A stretch of 64,000 nt of DNA, from NCBI GenBank assembly GCA_934247225.1, contig CAKQJE010000009.1, positions 15,295 to 79,294 on the forward strand, read 5' to 3'. The notes beneath the pieces are model-generated. The model was not told where the DNA came from. It did no database searches and saw only the letters and a list, made by a program, of their open reading frames with translations. The DNA comes from an uncultured Clostridia bacterium (GTDB taxonomy: Bacteria > Bacillota > Clostridia > Christensenellales > Borkfalkiaceae). Numbering within the stretch: the stretch's first letter is position 1; each line of letters opens with the position of its first letter. The position numbers and the translations under genes are program-made. Below, in pieces: positions 61,634-64,000 of this stretch.

Positions 61634-61819
61634 TTATCTCGCAAACACCGGTTTGTCGTCGCCGTAGTGAGACAAAACAAAATCGGTATACGCACCCACA
61701 AGTTCCTTTTTATCGGAAAATATGAATTTGGATACCGAAACACAAGCGAAAACAACCAGAACTCACAATGCCGCAAAAAGAATTATTACCTTTTTACCTA
61801 CGCTTTTTCTTATGCGCAT
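61634..61819 (-). pseudogene. 61-codon signal-anchored small ORF interrupted by an in-frame TGA
   Basis: An AGGA RBS precedes ATG 61819. The translation is MRIRKSVGKKVIILFAAL-TGA(61763-61765)-VLVVFACVSVSKFIFSDKKELVGAYTDFVLSHYGDDKPVFAR, so the stop sits in the middle of a TM helix. Confidence 0.5.
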
Positions 61820-61962
61820 CCGATTGTCCTTTTTTTTGATTTTTTAATTTTGGATAATATCGAATTATCGACTGAAATTATCGAAAGGCTGTCGCCCGTG
61901 AAATCCACCGTTTCGCTCTGCCCGAGGAAGAAGGTCTGATATCTTTTTTGCTTCCGTTTCTT

Positions 61963-62556
61963 TTAATCGCCACGATTGCTCTCCGTCGTAGCGATATCTT
62001 CGGCTTCGAGCATTCCGTCTTCGATTTCGTCCTGCTCGCCGCAAACCATAACCAGAGCGACGATTACCGCGCCTACGGCTACCATAAACGCTATCCCCTG
62101 CCAGGTTTTGAGCCATTCGATGATTATTCCCGCTTTGGGAATTCTCCCCACCGCTTTGCCCACAATCTGGCTCGCGAAAATCGGATCGGGATCCTCGCTT
62201 GCGTTGGCGTCGCCTTTCGCGTAATACTTTTCGCCCTCTTTGCGAACAATTCTGTGCGTTACGGAAACGGCATCGCCCGCAGGGAAATAAGTTATTATGT
62301 CGCCGACTTCGTAGGTCGGACTTTTATTGATTATTATCGTGTCGCCCGCTTCTATCGCACCCGACATCGATGGAGTTGCGACAATCAGAACCGATCTTCC
62401 GAAAAAGGACGGTATGAGCGACTTTTTAACATATTTATCGTAAGCAAGCGTCGCCGCGACGAATACGAGCAAAGCGATTACGGCTCCGAAAAGAATTTTG
62501 CCCGCTAAAGACAAAATATCTCCGAATGTTATTTTCTTTTTTTCATTTGTCTGCAT
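61963..62556 (-). CDS. sipW: SipW-type (archaeal/ER-like) signal peptidase I
   Basis: N-terminal TM, catalytic-Ser context ATPSMSGAIEAGD, VTHRIV His motif, and the extra C-terminal TM typical of SipW. Confidence 0.8.
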   Translation of the reverse strand: MQTNEKKKITFGDILSLAGKILFGAVIALLVFVAATLAYDKYVKKSLIPSFFGRSVLIVATPSMSGAIEAGDTIIINKSPTYEVGDIITYFPAGDAVSVTHRIVRKEGEKYYAKGDANASEDPDPIFASQIVGKAVGRIPKAGIIIEWLKTWQGIAFMVAVGAVIVALVMVCGEQDEIEDGMLEAEDIATTESNRGD

Positions 62557-62619
62557 AATCGCTCGCTCCTTTGTTTTCGGTTGCTTTGTATTTCCGAAAT
62601 CTGCGTTTTAGTCCGTTTG

Positions 62620-63387
62620 CTAAGCTTGCTCGGCGATTACTTCAAGGGTTATCGTGTATTTCTTGCCCGAAATACCGAGCAATGTGTCCTTGTGGTCGTC
62701 GCCGCTTTCGAATTTCCATTCCCATTCGATCGTACAGGATCTCGAACTTTTGATATTTATTATCATATTACCCGTTTCAAACCACCCTTCGTTTTCGGTA
62801 AGCTCTAAGTTTTGCCCCTCCGAAATCAAGGAATAATTTATAGGCGGAAGTAATGCGGAATCTTCGTAATTGTATTTAAATCTGATTTTACATTTCAGAA
62901 CCGAGGCGTTAGGGTTGTTTATCATAAACATATACGTGCCTTTATCGCCCGGTTTGATCGTTTTGTTTCCGAATATATTTATATCTCCCGTCGCGCTCCA
63001 TTCTCCGTCGGTGTCCACAACTGTGAACTCCTTTAAAACGGGTATGTTTTCGCGAATTATCACGACGAGCGATATTACGGAAACCGTTAATAAAAGTAAA
63101 AGAAAAAGAAGTATCGGATAAAACGAATCTCTTTTTATTTTACCGGTTATTTCTCCCCTCTGATACAGATATTTCCCCTCCGTCACGAACGCGTCGACCG
63201 GGTCGACTTCTTCGGCGCGACCGACGCGTTTGCAAGAGGCGAAACAAACATGATTTAAGTCGTACAGCTTATCGCTACGCAAATAACACAACATTGCGCC
63301 GTTTGTATCAACGACTCTTTTTGCCCCGATAAACGGTCTTAACGGTCGTTTTACGGGTTGGTTTGTGAATTTTGCGTTTATTTTCAT
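62620..63387 (-). CDS. Membrane-anchored TasA/camelysin-like protein with ~90-aa cytoplasmic N-domain
   Basis: TM helix at about residues 90-112. The C-terminal CTIEWEWKFESGDDHKDTLLG...YTITLEVIAEQA parallels the neighbouring TasA-like protein. Confidence 0.6.
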   Translation of the reverse strand: MKINAKFTNQPVKRPLRPFIGAKRVVDTNGAMLCYLRSDKLYDLNHVCFASCKRVGRAEEVDPVDAFVTEGKYLYQRGEITGKIKRDSFYPILLFLLLLLTVSVISLVVIIRENIPVLKEFTVVDTDGEWSATGDINIFGNKTIKPGDKGTYMFMINNPNASVLKCKIRFKYNYEDSALLPPINYSLISEGQNLELTENEGWFETGNMIINIKSSRSCTIEWEWKFESGDDHKDTLLGISGKKYTITLEVIAEQA

Positions 63388-63583
63388 ATGTACAACTCCG
63401 AACGGGTTTCGTTATCCGTTCTGCTTTTAATTTTTTGTTTCCGTTTTGCTTGACGGATTTTTCGAACAGCTTTTCGCTTTTGCGTTATCTTTTTTTAAGT
63501 ATTGTTTATAAAAGGTTTCGCAAATCATTGCGGCGTTCGACATATGGGCTTTTCGCCCGAAATCAGCAAAATGATTTTAATAA

Positions 63584-64000
63584 TTATTTCTGAAGCTGAG
63601 TAACAGAAATGGTGATTTCAAAAGAAATATCGGTGCTGGTCTTATCAGTTCCCGTGATTACCGTATAAGTACCGTCGCTCGTAACTTTATTATCGTTTGC
63701 ATATGCGCCGAAAAGAGTATCAAGCGCATCGTTTCCGCTCTCAAAAGCCCAAGCCCATTCTATTGTATATTCACCTGCAACATCTTTAATTTCAGCTCCT
63801 GCTTCAACAGTTTCGGTAAGAGCATTCAATTTATCAGCAAGCTGTGCAAGAGTAAGATTTTTATCTGCTTCAGCCGCAACACCGCCCTTTTTAAGCGTCC
63901 ATCTTACAGGATTGTAGGATTTTTCTCCTTCTGCATCTTGATATACAAGAACTATATCTTTATATTCTTCTTTAACCGAAACTTGAATCTGCGCTCTTAC
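63584..64000 (-). CDS. TasA/camelysin (M73)-like secreted protein, C-terminal part (N-terminus beyond window)
   Basis: The frame is open from 64000 to the TAA at 63584; the track only shows the part from an internal TTG. Motifs YTIEWAWAFESGNDALDTLFG and ISFEITISVTQLQK match the C-terminal pattern of SipW-dependent matrix proteins as I recall it. Confidence 0.6.
   Translation of the reverse strand, partial: VRAQIQVSVKEEYKDIVLVYQDAEGEKSYNPVRWTLKKGGVAAEADKNLTLAQLADKLNALTETVEAGAEIKDVAGEYTIEWAWAFESGNDALDTLFGAYANDNKVTSDGTYTVITGTDKTSTDISFEITISVTQLQK

Noticed and set aside
61292-61765. Genome-wide TGA reassignment (code 4/25) or selenocysteine as the explanation for the two in-frame TGA codons
   Set aside because: Several well-defined genes in this window end with TGA (for example feoA and the radical SAM gene). 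No long conserved gene needs TGA read-through, one of the affected genes also has frameshifts, and a TM-helix position is implausible for Sec. Pseudogenisation or sequence error is more parsimonious.
61207-61939. Plus-strand ORFs 61207..61410 and 61667..61939
   Set aside because: They lie antisense to the decayed minus-strand genes, have Arg-rich or odd composition, and have no RBS.

Overview
This looks like a chromosomal core segment from a spore-forming Firmicutes/Clostridia-type bacterium. That placement is by eye: it rests on gene content, Bacillus-like synteny (metG-tatD-ksgA, yabP-yabQ-divIC, dnaG-sigA-trmK-nif3, plsX-acpP, comEC-holA) and CG-rich codon choice. Coding density is high and all but two genes (spmA, spmB) lie on the minus strand.

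Most of the window is housekeeping: feoAB, gyrBA, the metG block, the dnaG-rpoD block, efp, uvrBA, two ABC exporters plus a MATE pump, acpP-plsX-degV-DAK2, cdaA, holA and comEC. I saw no rRNA, tRNA, CRISPR array, transposase or integrase.

The less ordinary content sits in the last ~10 kb:
- a translationally coupled four-gene phosphorelay (GGDEF-REC-HD-GYP protein, solute-binding protein, hybrid histidine kinase, Hpt) with a G11 tract at the kinase/Hpt junction
- a SipW-type signal peptidase locus with TasA/camelysin-like proteins and decayed small genes carrying in-frame TGA codons and frameshifts
- an RNase H1 with a ~200-aa uncharacterised C-terminal extension

Elsewhere I found:
- an orphan plus-strand promoter/terminator unit (candidate ~270-nt sRNA or small protein) inside a long minus-strand gene run
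- a 33-bp tandem promoter duplication
- a perfect 21-bp inverted repeat in front of the MATE gene
- short direct-repeat arrays in two promoter regions

I cannot demonstrate a clearly novel multi-gene system from sequence alone. The findings are leads, not conclusions. All family assignments come from motif recognition by eye; no database search was run.
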